From Candidatus Fimenecus sp. (GTDB taxonomy: Bacteria > Bacillota > Clostridia > Oscillospirales > Acutalibacteraceae): a stretch of 55,485 nucleotides of DNA. The stretch covers positions 1 through 55,485 of the forward strand of contig DAVZHM010000001.1 of NCBI GenBank assembly GCA_052273845.1. The letters run 5' to 3'. Made by a program: the position numbers and the translations under genes. Positions 1 to 9,190 of this stretch are shown here, piece after piece. Below the pieces are notes generated by a model. That model did not search any database. It worked only from the letters and a program-made list of their open reading frames with translations, and was not told the DNA's origin. The first letter of the stretch is position 1. Each line of letters begins with the position of its first letter.

Positions 1-48
1 TGGAAAACTTGTCCGAAGTGAGATTTGACGATGCCATAGTATACTGTA

Positions 49-597
49 TTGTTTATGCGTAAAACGGGTCTTTTTGATTTGATTGAAAATCATATAGTCA
101 ACAATCTTGTCGATTACGCAACAGGTGTTGAAACAGGACTTGATTCAAACGGAAGAAAAAATCGTGGCGGTCATTTGATGGAAAATTTGGTGGAAAGTTT
201 TATCAAAAAAGCCGGATTTGTTAAAGATGAAACTTATTTCAAAGAAATGTATATTCATCAAATTACAGAAAAATGGAATATAGACTTATCTGCCATCTCA
301 AACCAAGGCAAAACAGAAAAGCGTTTTGATTTTGTGGTTAAGACACCTAATATGATTTACGGTATCGAAACTAATTTTTACGGAGGTGGCGGAAGTAAAT
401 TAAATGAAACAGCACGCAGTTACAAAACACTTGCTCTCGAAACCGATACAATCGACGGTTTTACTTTTGTTTGGTTTACCGATGGAAAAGGTTGGATAAG
501 CGCTCGTCATAATCTTGAAGAAACCTTTGATGTTATGGAACACATTTATAATATTAAGGATATGGAAAATGGCATAATTACAGAGGTTTTTGAATAA
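49..597 (+). CDS. DpnII/MboI-family (GATC-type) type II restriction endonuclease, C-terminal ~180 aa only; upstream part appears out of frame
   Basis: KTGLFDLIENHIVNNLVDYATGVE, GRKNRGG, RFDFVV and NFYGGGGSKLNETARSYK match my recollection of the DpnII family. The frame of this ORF has stops at 19-21 and 37-39, while another frame is open from the window start to 60. Confidence 0.7.
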   Translation: MFMRKTGLFDLIENHIVNNLVDYATGVETGLDSNGRKNRGGHLMENLVESFIKKAGFVKDETYFKEMYIHQITEKWNIDLSAISNQGKTEKRFDFVVKTPNMIYGIETNFYGGGGSKLNETARSYKTLALETDTIDGFTFVWFTDGKGWISARHNLEETFDVMEHIYNIKDMENGIITEVFE

Positions 598-1343
598 TGG
601 CAAAGAAAATTACAAAATGGGAACCTGAAGATTTTGAGCTTGAGATGACTACACATTGGTCTTTTCCAAAGCGTGGAGATTGGGCTACACACGATGCTAA
701 GTGGCGTGGTAATTGGTCGCCATATATTCCACGAAATATTATATTAAGGTATTCAAAAGAGGGCGATGTAGTTCTTGACCAATTTGCAGGCGGCGGAACT
801 ACACTCGTTGAAGCAAAGCTTTTGAACCGTGATATTATCGGCGTTGATGTCAATGGTGTTGCACTTGATAGGTGCAAAGAAAAAATAGATTTTGAGCATG
901 AAGGCGCAAATGGAAAAGTTTACATCCGTAAGGGAGATGCCAGAAATTTAGATTTTCTTTCAGATGAAAGTATAGACCTTATTTGTACACATCCACCCTA
1001 TGCCGATATTATTAAATATAGCGATGGCATTGACGGAGATTTGTCGCAACTCAAAGTGAAAGGTTTTCTTGAAGAAATGAAAAAGGTGGCTGCAGAGAGC
1101 TACCGTGTTTTGAAAAAAGATAAATTTTGTGCCGTACTTATGGGCGATACAAGACAAAAAGGCTGTATGATACCTATGTCTTTTGATGTGATGAAAATAT
1201 TTCAGGATGCAGGGTTTCAATTAAAAGAACTGATTATCAAAGAACAGCACAATTGCAAAGCGACCGGATATTGGAAAACGAACAGTGTGAAATATAACTT
1301 TCTGTTGATTGCGCACGAGTACTTGTTTATCTTTAAAAAATGA
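597..1343 (+). CDS. SAM-dependent DNA methyltransferase (N6-adenine or N4-cytosine), probable cognate methylase
   Basis: Motif I is LDQFAGGGTT and motif IV is THPPY. The ATG overlaps the endonuclease stop (TAATG). The composition is AT-rich like the endonuclease gene. Confidence 0.75.
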   Translation: MAKKITKWEPEDFELEMTTHWSFPKRGDWATHDAKWRGNWSPYIPRNIILRYSKEGDVVLDQFAGGGTTLVEAKLLNRDIIGVDVNGVALDRCKEKIDFEHEGANGKVYIRKGDARNLDFLSDESIDLICTHPPYADIIKYSDGIDGDLSQLKVKGFLEEMKKVAAESYRVLKKDKFCAVLMGDTRQKGCMIPMSFDVMKIFQDAGFQLKELIIKEQHNCKATGYWKTNSVKYNFLLIAHEYLFIFKK

Positions 1344-1365
1344 CTTTGGAGGGAATAGAAAAGAA

Positions 1366-2727
1366 ATGGAATCAATTTTACTGCATCCGCCGCTATTGGA
1401 GGGCGAGGAGTTTTCGTTGCTTCGACAAAATCCCGACCGCGGCTGGCGAATGGAGACTTATTTGACTTTGGGCAGCAACACGGTGATGTTCAAACCCTCA
1501 AAAACCCCTTTGGGATTTTTGGACGAGCAAATCGAATTGTACCGTGACACGCCTTGCCGTTTGGTGCAGGTGTATGTGTATTTAACGGAATACTGCAAAA
1601 AGCCGTTGGATTCACTTGCCTTTTCGCAGTTGGAAGCGTATTTGGAAGGGCTTCGCGCGCGGGGACTTCGTGCGATATTGCGCTTTGCGTATGAATATGA
1701 AGTGAACCGCAAGGTGGGACCGACTTCCGGCCGTATTTACGGGCATCTTCAGCAAATCAAAAAATGGTTTTTGCAAAACGAGCCTTTGGTGCGGGAAACT
1801 GTGTTGGTGTTGCAGGCGGGTATGATTGGCGCGTGGGGCGAGTGGCACACCGCAAAACATTACCACAGCAAAAAGAAAGTGCTTGCACATCTGTGCGACG
1901 CAGCGCCGCCGTATTTGCCTTTGCAAGTGCGTATGCAACCGTTTAAGGATTGCGTGCAAAACACCGAAAATGCCGCGCGTGTGGGCTATCACGATGATTT
2001 TTTGGTCGGTGCTTACCACAAATGGAATACGCCTGCCGGCGCGCCTGGCAGCGAAGCCTTCGACAGGTTTGTAAAGGAGTCTCGCTTTACACTAAATGAC
2101 GGCGAAATGCCGTGGGGCAGAGATAAAACTTATCAAAACGGCTTTATTAACGGCTACGAAATGCTGACCGCCTGTGCACAGCATAGCCTTTCCACGCTGA
2201 GCTTGACGCACAATTATATCGAAGAGGACGGGCAGCATAACGCTGTGCGTTGGCAAACGGAAACGCTCAACGCCATACGTGCAAGCGAACTTTCGTGCCC
2301 CTCTACGCCTGAATATTTCACCCAAAACGGGGCGGCGAGGGAGAGAACTGTCTTTGACTTTTTGACCGACCATTTGGGGTATCAAATTGCGGTGTGGGAA
2401 ATCTTTATCGGCGACACCCCCGACGGCGGGCAAATTGCCACCGTGAAACTTTCCAACAGTGGATTTGCGCTGCCGTATGTTTTTACAAAATTGACATTAT
2501 ATCTCGCCGATGCGAATGGAAATGTAAAGGAATACAACTTTACGGATTACACACCCAAAAAACTCCTCGGCGGCGCGGCGGGAACCTTCTCTCTCACGGG
2601 AGAGTTCGGCGAAATTCGCAAAATCGGGCTTTCTTTGGAAAAGGAAATTTACAAGCCTTGCTATATCCGCTTCGCCAATCGCTGTGATTTTCAATACGGT
2701 GTGCATTGGTTTGAAATTACACCGTAA
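1366..2727 (+). CDS. Glycoside-hydrolase-like protein, tentatively DUF4874/DUF4832 type
   Basis: The ATG at 1366 is preceded by GGAGGG. The QAGMIGAWGEWH motif is recalled from DUF4832-type proteins. GC content shifts sharply relative to 1-1343. Confidence 0.5.
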   Translation: MESILLHPPLLEGEEFSLLRQNPDRGWRMETYLTLGSNTVMFKPSKTPLGFLDEQIELYRDTPCRLVQVYVYLTEYCKKPLDSLAFSQLEAYLEGLRARGLRAILRFAYEYEVNRKVGPTSGRIYGHLQQIKKWFLQNEPLVRETVLVLQAGMIGAWGEWHTAKHYHSKKKVLAHLCDAAPPYLPLQVRMQPFKDCVQNTENAARVGYHDDFLVGAYHKWNTPAGAPGSEAFDRFVKESRFTLNDGEMPWGRDKTYQNGFINGYEMLTACAQHSLSTLSLTHNYIEEDGQHNAVRWQTETLNAIRASELSCPSTPEYFTQNGAARERTVFDFLTDHLGYQIAVWEIFIGDTPDGGQIATVKLSNSGFALPYVFTKLTLYLADANGNVKEYNFTDYTPKKLLGGAAGTFSLTGEFGEIRKIGLSLEKEIYKPCYIRFANRCDFQYGVHWFEITP

Positions 2728-2741
2728 AAATGCCATAATAA

Positions 2742-2776
2742 AAACCGCTGAGCGTCTGCTTAGCGGTTTTGCTTTT
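2742..2776. terminator. Bidirectional intrinsic terminator between convergent genes
   Basis: The hairpin is AAACCGCTGAGC-gtct-GCTTAGCGGTTT with one mismatch. It has an A-run on one side and a T-run on the other. Confidence 0.6.
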
Positions 2777-2785
2777 ATCATACGA

Positions 2786-3889
2786 TTATTTTCTTTGCTC
2801 GGGCGGCTTTTCGGTGATAAACACGCGAAACAGCGGCAGGCAGGAAGTAAAAAACTTTTTGTATGCCGCGCAGTAATCCGCACTTTGCTGTGTGCGTTTG
2901 CAACCGCCCGCACGGCAAATCGGATAGACTTTGCATTGCTTACAGCGGTCGGGCACGGGCAAACTTTCTTTGATAAAGTCGGTCGCCGTTTTGCTGTTTG
3001 CCATCGTGCGAAAATCCGTTTCCCGGATATTGCCGAGCAAATATTCATCGGTGCAGTAGAAGTCACACGGATAAATATTGCCGTTACTCTCCGATACAAA
3101 TTGGTGCGAACAATACCCCAAAATGCCGCATTGCTCGGTTTGTTGCCCCAAAAACAGCCGCACCCAGTTGTCAAACTGCCGCACGCTGATGTATTGCCCG
3201 CGCACATAATCTTTGACATACAAATTAAAGACCTTAATTAAGAAATTCGCGTACTGTTCGGGCGTCATATACAGTTCGCTTTCCTCGGTGGAGTCGAACG
3301 GACGCAAGCAAGGGATAAACTGCAAATAGCGAAATCCCTTTGCGCGGAAATACCGATAAATCCGTTCGCCGTTTTCGGCACAGTACCCTGTGAGCACGGT
3401 TAATATGTTGAACTCCGCCCCGTGCCGCCGCAAAATTTCCGCCGCGTTCAAGATTTGGTAAAACGAGTTTTGCCCCGAAGGCTTTTTGCGGAATTTATTG
3501 CCTTCCAAATCTCCGTCCAAACTCAAGCCCACCAAAAACTGATGGTCGGCGAAAAACTGCGCCCATTCATCGGTGATTTGTGTGCCGTTGGTTTGAATGG
3601 AATAAAAAACGGGACTGTTTTTGCGGTTGTATTGCTTGACCGTTTTAGTAAAATGCTCAAAAAACGGCAGACCGCAAAGCGTCGGTTCGCCACCTTGAAA
3701 GGCGAACGCAACGGGGTGCCCGTCGGCAAAGGCGAGTGCCTTTTTTATGAGAATTTCGGCGGTTTCGAGTGACATAGTGCCAAAACCGAGATGTTCCCTG
3801 TGCTCGGAAACATCTCGGTAGAAGCAGTATTCACACGAAAGATTGCAAAGGGACGACGCCGGTTTTATCATCAACGATAAACTTGGCAT
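2786..3889 (-). CDS. Anaerobic sulfatase-maturating enzyme (radical SAM/SPASM)
   Basis: The N-terminus MIKPASSLCNLSCEYCFY carries the CxxxCxxC radical SAM cluster. The C-terminus is Cys-rich and SPASM-like (CKQCKVYPICRAGGC). It lies next to a CxPxR sulfatase. Confidence 0.85.
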   Translation of the reverse strand: MPSLSLMIKPASSLCNLSCEYCFYRDVSEHREHLGFGTMSLETAEILIKKALAFADGHPVAFAFQGGEPTLCGLPFFEHFTKTVKQYNRKNSPVFYSIQTNGTQITDEWAQFFADHQFLVGLSLDGDLEGNKFRKKPSGQNSFYQILNAAEILRRHGAEFNILTVLTGYCAENGERIYRYFRAKGFRYLQFIPCLRPFDSTEESELYMTPEQYANFLIKVFNLYVKDYVRGQYISVRQFDNWVRLFLGQQTEQCGILGYCSHQFVSESNGNIYPCDFYCTDEYLLGNIRETDFRTMANSKTATDFIKESLPVPDRCKQCKVYPICRAGGCKRTQQSADYCAAYKKFFTSCLPLFRVFITEKPPEQRK

Positions 3890-3916
3890 AAGACCACATC
3901 TTTCGGGAAAAGGATT

Positions 3917-5953
3917 TTATTTTATAATACCGCGGCGATTTTCTTTGAAATCTTTTTGGATTTCGTCGAGCTTCGCATGGTATTCGTCTGCGATTTCGGG
4001 ATATACCGGCGTACGGTTGTAGTTTTCGCCGACGTCATCGCTCAAAATGTGCAGCCAATTCTTGCGGTATTTGTCGAAGAACGCGGAGTTGTCGTTCTGA
4101 ATACGGTCGAAGTATTTGAATGTGATGAAATTGTTTTCGGTCAACACATCGTAATCATAATCCGGATACATTGCGCGCACTTCGGAAGTCGGCATCGTGT
4201 ACTGAATTGCCTTGATGTCCTCACGCTTCATATGTAAAATCGGATTGTCCTTCGTGTGCAGAACCGTATCGTTTTTAAGCAAATCCACCATAGACACACC
4301 GTCGATTTCACGGTCGGTCGGCAAATAACCGGTTTGACCGCCGTTTCCGGTGATGCCGCAAAGGTCCACAAGCGTCGGATAGAGGTCAACAAGCGTTGCA
4401 GACTGGCTTCTCGTGGTGCCGACTTCGCCCAAAGCGCCGTTGGCGTTATCCCAACGAATCATAAACGGTACTTTCTGACCGCCTTCGTAGGCAAGGTATT
4501 TGCCGCCGCGCAAATCGCTGACGGAGCCTTCCAGTGCAGGGCCGTTATCGCTCGTGAAGATGATGATGGTATCTTCCATTACACCGAGTTTTTCCAAGGT
4601 GTCAAACAACTCGCCAAGGTAGGCGTCAAATTCCGTCACGCAGTCTACATAAGTGCCCATGCCGCTTGTGCCGTCAAATTCATCGCCTGCAAAAACAGGA
4701 GCATGCGGCCACGGAGAAGCGTAATAAGCAAAGAACGGTTGGTCGGAATTCTGTACCCGGTCGGTAATCCAATCGGTGATTTCGCCGTGAATCCATTCGG
4801 TGAGTTTGCTTTGGTCTTTTTTGCCGTTTACGAACATTTCGTCCGTACCGTGCACGATTTCGTACTGCCCGTTCTCTTCGCGGACATGGTAGAACGGCGT
4901 CATATCGTTTACATGGTGGCTGCCGTAGAAGTAATCAAAGCCTTGGTTGGTGGGCAGATACTCGCCGTAATCGCCCAAATGCCATTTGCCGAATGCGCCG
5001 GTGTTGTAGCCTGCCGCTTTGAAGGTTTCGGCAATGGTGATTTCGTCACCGAGCATACCGTCAGCGTTTGCACCCATTTCAATCGAGTTGAAAATACGGG
5101 TTTGTGCAAACGGAGTGAGGGTTGCAATGGTCGGATACATTACGTTGTCGGCGTAGCCGCGGTACGGATAGCGACCGGTCATCGCCGCGAAACGCGCGGG
5201 CGAGCAAACGGAATAAGAAGAATAGAAGTTTTCAAGATTCAAACCGTTTTCGCCGATGCTGTCGATGTTCGGCGTGTCATAAATTGCACCGTTCAAGGAA
5301 ACATCGCCCCAACCGAGGTCGTCCATCAAAATGAAAAGTACATTCGGCTTGTCTGCTTTGGCGGCGTTTTTGTCCACGCCTTTTAAGTAATCATCCTGAC
5401 CGTCCCAAAGGCGTTCGGTGTTGGGCTTTGCGCGCAGGTTCATTGTCAGCACATAAACGATGCTTGTGCCGATAAGCAATACGCTCAATACGCCGGAAAG
5501 CGCTTTCTTCGCGCTCTCTTTGGAGAACACGTGTTTTGCGGTAAAGAACAAGCCCCAAAGACAAACCGCAGAGGGGAGTGCCAGCAACACGTTGCCGAGG
5601 ATTCTTGTGCCGATGTTGCCTTCGCCCTGCAACCACGGATGCGCTGCGGAACTGTACCCTGCAAGCCCCGAAGAAAACGCACCGAAGCCTGCGTCCGCGC
5701 CCCAAATGATGTAGTACACAATCACGCCGAGCGCTGCCGCCGCGTAACCGAATACCATCGGTGCATAGACTTTCTTTTTGATGAGCAAGCTCAACAAAAT
5801 CACTGCGGACATAATGCAGCAATACGCAACGGCAACCACGCTGACGATGTTCAAGCGCAGAATCCAAAGTGCCGGCATAATTGCAATGCCCACGACCATC
5901 AAAATGATGGGGAATACTTTTTTGCCTGTGTCTAAAGCGAGTTTCTTTTTCAT
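3917..5953 (-). CDS. Cys-type (formylglycine) sulfatase with an N-terminal multi-pass membrane domain
   Basis: LFILMDDLGWGD and the CSPARFAAMTGRYP (CxPxR) motif are present. About 170 N-terminal residues form several hydrophobic helices. Confidence 0.85.
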   Translation of the reverse strand: MKKKLALDTGKKVFPIILMVVGIAIMPALWILRLNIVSVVAVAYCCIMSAVILLSLLIKKKVYAPMVFGYAAAALGVIVYYIIWGADAGFGAFSSGLAGYSSAAHPWLQGEGNIGTRILGNVLLALPSAVCLWGLFFTAKHVFSKESAKKALSGVLSVLLIGTSIVYVLTMNLRAKPNTERLWDGQDDYLKGVDKNAAKADKPNVLFILMDDLGWGDVSLNGAIYDTPNIDSIGENGLNLENFYSSYSVCSPARFAAMTGRYPYRGYADNVMYPTIATLTPFAQTRIFNSIEMGANADGMLGDEITIAETFKAAGYNTGAFGKWHLGDYGEYLPTNQGFDYFYGSHHVNDMTPFYHVREENGQYEIVHGTDEMFVNGKKDQSKLTEWIHGEITDWITDRVQNSDQPFFAYYASPWPHAPVFAGDEFDGTSGMGTYVDCVTEFDAYLGELFDTLEKLGVMEDTIIIFTSDNGPALEGSVSDLRGGKYLAYEGGQKVPFMIRWDNANGALGEVGTTRSQSATLVDLYPTLVDLCGITGNGGQTGYLPTDREIDGVSMVDLLKNDTVLHTKDNPILHMKREDIKAIQYTMPTSEVRAMYPDYDYDVLTENNFITFKYFDRIQNDNSAFFDKYRKNWLHILSDDVGENYNRTPVYPEIADEYHAKLDEIQKDFKENRRGIIK

Positions 5954-6034
5954 TGCACAGCCTCCTTTTTTATACCCGAATATTATACAATTTTAATAGG
6001 CACTCGTCAAGTAACTAAAGCGTATAAATACGGG

Positions 6035-6047
6035 GAATTTGCCGAAC
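6035..6047. repeat. Left copy of the 13-bp direct repeat GAATTTGCCGAAC (putative target-site duplication)
   Basis: It is identical to 50047-50059 and directly abuts the outer end of the left inverted repeat. Confidence 0.85.
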
Positions 6048-6075
6048 GGTGAATTAAAAAAATAACCTGACCCCC
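6048..6075. repeat. Left terminal inverted repeat (IRL) GGTGAATTAAAAAAATAACCTGACCCCC
   Basis: It matches the reverse complement of 50019-50046 at 26 of 28 positions; the mismatches are at positions 19-20. Confidence 0.85.
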
Positions 6076-6147
6076 CTACCCAATTTGCCATAATTCAAAA
6101 AAGATGTTAAAATGAATCAATTTTTGAGGATGATGGAGAACAGAAAA

Positions 6148-7227
6148 ATGGCGGAAACTCGTAATAAAAAATACAAGCAGATAAACGAAGCAGAAAGAGA
6201 ATTGATTGAGCGGCTTCTGAGAAATAACACACCCAAAAAACAAATTGCAAGAATGCTGAACCGCAGCATAACAACTATCCGTAAAGAAATAAAACGAGGC
6301 TCTGTTGAACAGAGAAAAGAAATCAAAACCACAAAAAAAGATGCAAATATTCCTTTATACAAAACCGAACTCGTCTATTTTGCTGATGTAGGTCAGCGTA
6401 TATATAAACAAAACCGTTCGCATTGCGGGCGAAAATGCAAAATCATTGAATGCCGTGATTTTTTAAATTATGTTGAACAACAAGTGAAGTCTGATAAGCT
6501 GTGGTCATTAGATGCAGCAGCAGGACACGCAAAAAAGTTGAATTTATTTGAGCAAACCGTTACAACGCAAACCTTATATAACTGGGTGGATCTCGGTTTA
6601 TGCAGTACAAGAAATATTGATTTACTCAAAAAAGTCGGATGGAAAACACATCAGAAAAAAGTCCGTGAACACAAAAAGTGTCTCGGGCGTTCAATCGATG
6701 AGCGTCCGGAAATAGTTGATTCCCGATTAGAATTCGGGCACTGGGAGGGCGACGGTATTGTCGGAAAAGACAGTAAAGGGCATTGGATTACTCTTATTGA
6801 GAGAAAAACGCGTATGGGATTTATTTTCAATGTTAAAGATAAGCAGGCGTGTCGGATTGTCGAAGTTGTTGACCGACTCGAGAGAATGTTCGGTGCGTTA
6901 TTCCCGCTCGTTTTCAAAACAATTACATTTGATAACGGTACAGAATTTTCAAGTTCTAATTTAATGGAAGGCAATCAAAGAACCATAATCTACTATGCGC
7001 ATCCATATTCCTCTTGGGAGCGGGGTTCTAACGAAAACTGGAACGGAATTATTCGCCGTTATTTTCCAAAGGGAACATCCTTTGATGATGTTCAAGATGA
7101 AGATTTACGCAGAATTCAGAATATGATTAACAATATGCCACGAAAAATGTTTAACTATAACAGTTCGAGAGAATTGTTTTCACAAGAATTACAAATATTG
7201 ATAGCATCGGCAACTGCGGTAGCATAA
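6148..7227 (+). CDS. IS30-family DDE transposase
   Basis: There is an N-terminal HTH (INEAERELIERLL, KKQIARMLNRSITTIRKEIKRG). The catalytic region shows HWEGD, FDNGTEF and YYAHPYSSWERGSNENWNGIIRRYFPKG. The ATG at 6148 is preceded by GGAGAA, whereas the ATG at 6112 has no SD. Confidence 0.9.
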   Translation: MAETRNKKYKQINEAERELIERLLRNNTPKKQIARMLNRSITTIRKEIKRGSVEQRKEIKTTKKDANIPLYKTELVYFADVGQRIYKQNRSHCGRKCKIIECRDFLNYVEQQVKSDKLWSLDAAAGHAKKLNLFEQTVTTQTLYNWVDLGLCSTRNIDLLKKVGWKTHQKKVREHKKCLGRSIDERPEIVDSRLEFGHWEGDGIVGKDSKGHWITLIERKTRMGFIFNVKDKQACRIVEVVDRLERMFGALFPLVFKTITFDNGTEFSSSNLMEGNQRTIIYYAHPYSSWERGSNENWNGIIRRYFPKGTSFDDVQDEDLRRIQNMINNMPRKMFNYNSSRELFSQELQILIASATAVA

Positions 7228-7258
7228 ACCCATCAAAAACAATTACACACGTTATTTA

Positions 7259-7291
7259 GAGCAATTACAATTTTGTGATTGCTCTTTTTTT
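7259..7291 (+). terminator. Intrinsic terminator after the transposase gene
   Basis: The hairpin is GAGCAATTAC-aatttt-GTGATTGCTC (9 of 10 bp), followed by seven T. Confidence 0.65.
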
Positions 7292-7322
7292 ATTTCAAAA
7301 AATGAAAGGAGCAATTACAAAA

Positions 7323-8147
7323 ATGCAGGATGCAAAAATAATTGCGTTATGCAATCAAAAGGGCGGTGTCGGCAAGACGGCGACCACAAGCTGCTTAGGA
7401 ATATCTTTGGCGGAAAGCGGGAATCGTGTACTGTTAGTCGATTTTGACCCGCAGGGAAATTTAACAAAAGGCTTAGGATATCGAGATCGTTCAAAATACC
7501 GATATTCTGTAAAAGACCTGATTTTCGATGAGTTGAACGAAACCACAAAAGAGTTTCGGGATTACATCATTCCTGCGGAGGGCATTGATTTAATTCCTGC
7601 CAACATTGATCTTGCAGGGCTCGACATCCAACTTTCCAGCGTTATAAGCCGTGAAACCGTATTTAAACGGGCGCTTGCACAGTTTATGCCACATTACGAC
7701 TACATACTGATTGACAGCAATCCCGCATTGAATTTATTTACAATTAACACCTTAGTTGCGGCAAACAGCCTGATTATCCCCGTGCAGGCTGAGCCGTATG
7801 CTACCGACGGGCTATCAGACTTGCTACACACAATTCAGACCGCCAAGCGACAGCTTAATCCTGAATTAAGTATTGACGGTATTCTGATTACTATGACCGA
7901 CCAACGCACAAACCTGTCAAAACACATCTCGTCCGAAGTGCGAAACGCCTTCGGCAATCAAATCAAAGTTTTCCACACGGAAATCCCCCGTTGCGTAAAA
8001 ACTGCTGAAGCTTCGCTTTACGGAAAAAGTCCAATGGCGTATGCACCGAATTCCGAGTCGGCACGCGCATATAACCTTTTAGCAAAGGAGGTGTTGAATA
8101 ATGTCGAAGGAGTTACCAAAGCTCAACATAAACAACCCATTAGATGA
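7323..8147 (+). CDS. parA: ParA/Soj-type partition ATPase
   Basis: The deviant Walker A is NQKGGVGKTATT, followed by VLLVDFDPQGN. AGGAG lies upstream of the ATG at 7323. Confidence 0.9.
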   Translation: MQDAKIIALCNQKGGVGKTATTSCLGISLAESGNRVLLVDFDPQGNLTKGLGYRDRSKYRYSVKDLIFDELNETTKEFRDYIIPAEGIDLIPANIDLAGLDIQLSSVISRETVFKRALAQFMPHYDYILIDSNPALNLFTINTLVAANSLIIPVQAEPYATDGLSDLLHTIQTAKRQLNPELSIDGILITMTDQRTNLSKHISSEVRNAFGNQIKVFHTEIPRCVKTAEASLYGKSPMAYAPNSESARAYNLLAKEVLNNVEGVTKAQHKQPIR

Positions 8148-9105
8148 ACTTTTTACAACCGAGGAAGATCGGCAACAGGTACAGCAGGAACGCATTGTTA
8201 CAATTGACTGCAACGAGATAGATGGCTTTCAACAGCACCCGTTCAAAGTGAGAGACAATCAGGATATGGACGAACTGATAGCATCCATTCAAGAAAACGG
8301 AGTTTTAATGCCGTGTATTGTTCGTCCGAAAGAAAACGGACGCTATGAAATGATTGCGGGGCATCGACGCAAGCACGCCGCTATTCGTGCCGGGCTGAGC
8401 ACGCTCCCCTGTATTGTCAGAGACTTGGATGATGTTCAAGCTACAATTTTAATGGTTGACAGCAACGCACACCGTCCATATCTTCTGCCGAGTGAAAAAG
8501 CGTTTTCATATAGTATGAAACTTGACGCTATGAAGCGACAAGCTGGCAGACCGAGCAAAGAAAATTCTGTGCCACTGGCACAGAATTATGAGGGCAAGAC
8601 ATCCCGTGAACTATTGGGTGAGCAAGTTGGTGAAAGCCAAGACCAGGTGCGTCGTTTCATTCGTTTAACCTACCTTATTCCTGAAATATTGCAAATGGTA
8701 GATAATTCGGTTGAAAAGCCAACTGAACCTGAAGCACTATCTATGGCAATGCGGCCCGCGGTTGAAATTTCGTATTTGACGCCTGAAAACCAAAAAATTG
8801 TTTTGGATTTTATGCAAGACACACTTTCTACACCGTCTCACGCACAAGCCATACAACTTCGTGAAATGCAAAACAACGGCATCTTAAATTCACAGGAAAT
8901 CTACAACCTTCTTGCTCAAGAAAAACCGAATCAAAAACCAAGCGGCAAAATACCTCTCAACAGATTTAGCAGATATTTTCCGCCGAACACAAGCGCCGAA
9001 GATATCGAAAAAGGTATCTTTAAGGCGCTTGATTTTTATCGAAAAGCACGGGAAAAAGCCCAAAGAGATACATATGGAAAACCCGAAAAGAACGCACTTG
9101 AGTAG
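8101..9105 (+). CDS. parB: ParB/Spo0J-like nuclease-domain partition protein
   Basis: FQQHPFKVRD, the ParB-box-like MIAGHRRKHAA and LPCIVRDLDD are present. AAGGAGG lies 9 nt upstream of the ATG. The gene overlaps the parA 3' end. Confidence 0.85.
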   Translation: MSKELPKLNINNPLDELFTTEEDRQQVQQERIVTIDCNEIDGFQQHPFKVRDNQDMDELIASIQENGVLMPCIVRPKENGRYEMIAGHRRKHAAIRAGLSTLPCIVRDLDDVQATILMVDSNAHRPYLLPSEKAFSYSMKLDAMKRQAGRPSKENSVPLAQNYEGKTSRELLGEQVGESQDQVRRFIRLTYLIPEILQMVDNSVEKPTEPEALSMAMRPAVEISYLTPENQKIVLDFMQDTLSTPSHAQAIQLREMQNNGILNSQEIYNLLAQEKPNQKPSGKIPLNRFSRYFPPNTSAEDIEKGIFKALDFYRKAREKAQRDTYGKPEKNALE

Positions 9106-9190
9106 GCAATACCCGCGCAAATGGAGGGTGACCTCTGCAAAAATCGCATTCAAAGTTAATGTCAGCAAGATTCTAAAGGAGGAAAGATAA

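Noticed and set aside
1309-1365. Upstream extension of the DUF4874-like ORF, overlapping the methyltransferase gene.
   Set aside because: The ATG at 1366 has a strong GGAGGG Shine-Dalgarno sequence. The 19 extra codons lie in the AT-rich methylase 3' end and encode an implausible leader.
4256-5386. Long plus-strand ORF (376 aa) antisense to the sulfatase gene. Similar long shadow ORFs occur at 50051-51007, 51014-51802, 52673-53140 and 54561-55196 opposite the hydrogenase genes, and at 33791-34381, 34485-35138 and 47606-48339 inside element genes.
   Set aside because: Their products are Arg/Ala/Val/Gly-rich nonsense with no motifs. They lack Shine-Dalgarno sequences and lie opposite genes with unambiguous family signatures. 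Such shadow ORFs are typical of GC-rich coding regions.
6035-6047. The 13-bp direct repeat interpreted as the core attachment site of a tyrosine or serine recombinase.
   Set aside because: No such recombinase gene is present in the element or the visible flanks. The repeats abut long terminal inverted repeats exactly, which is the geometry of transposition rather than att-site crossover. The unusual length is noted as an open question.
7281-7300. Possible vestigial right inverted repeat of an ancestral stand-alone IS30 copy. CTCTTTTTTTATTTCAAA resembles the outer part of the IRR, CTTATTTTTTTAATTCACC.
   Set aside because: Only about 13 of 19 positions match, and most of the match is the T-run, which the transposase-gene terminator already explains. 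The inner GGGGGTCA part is absent.
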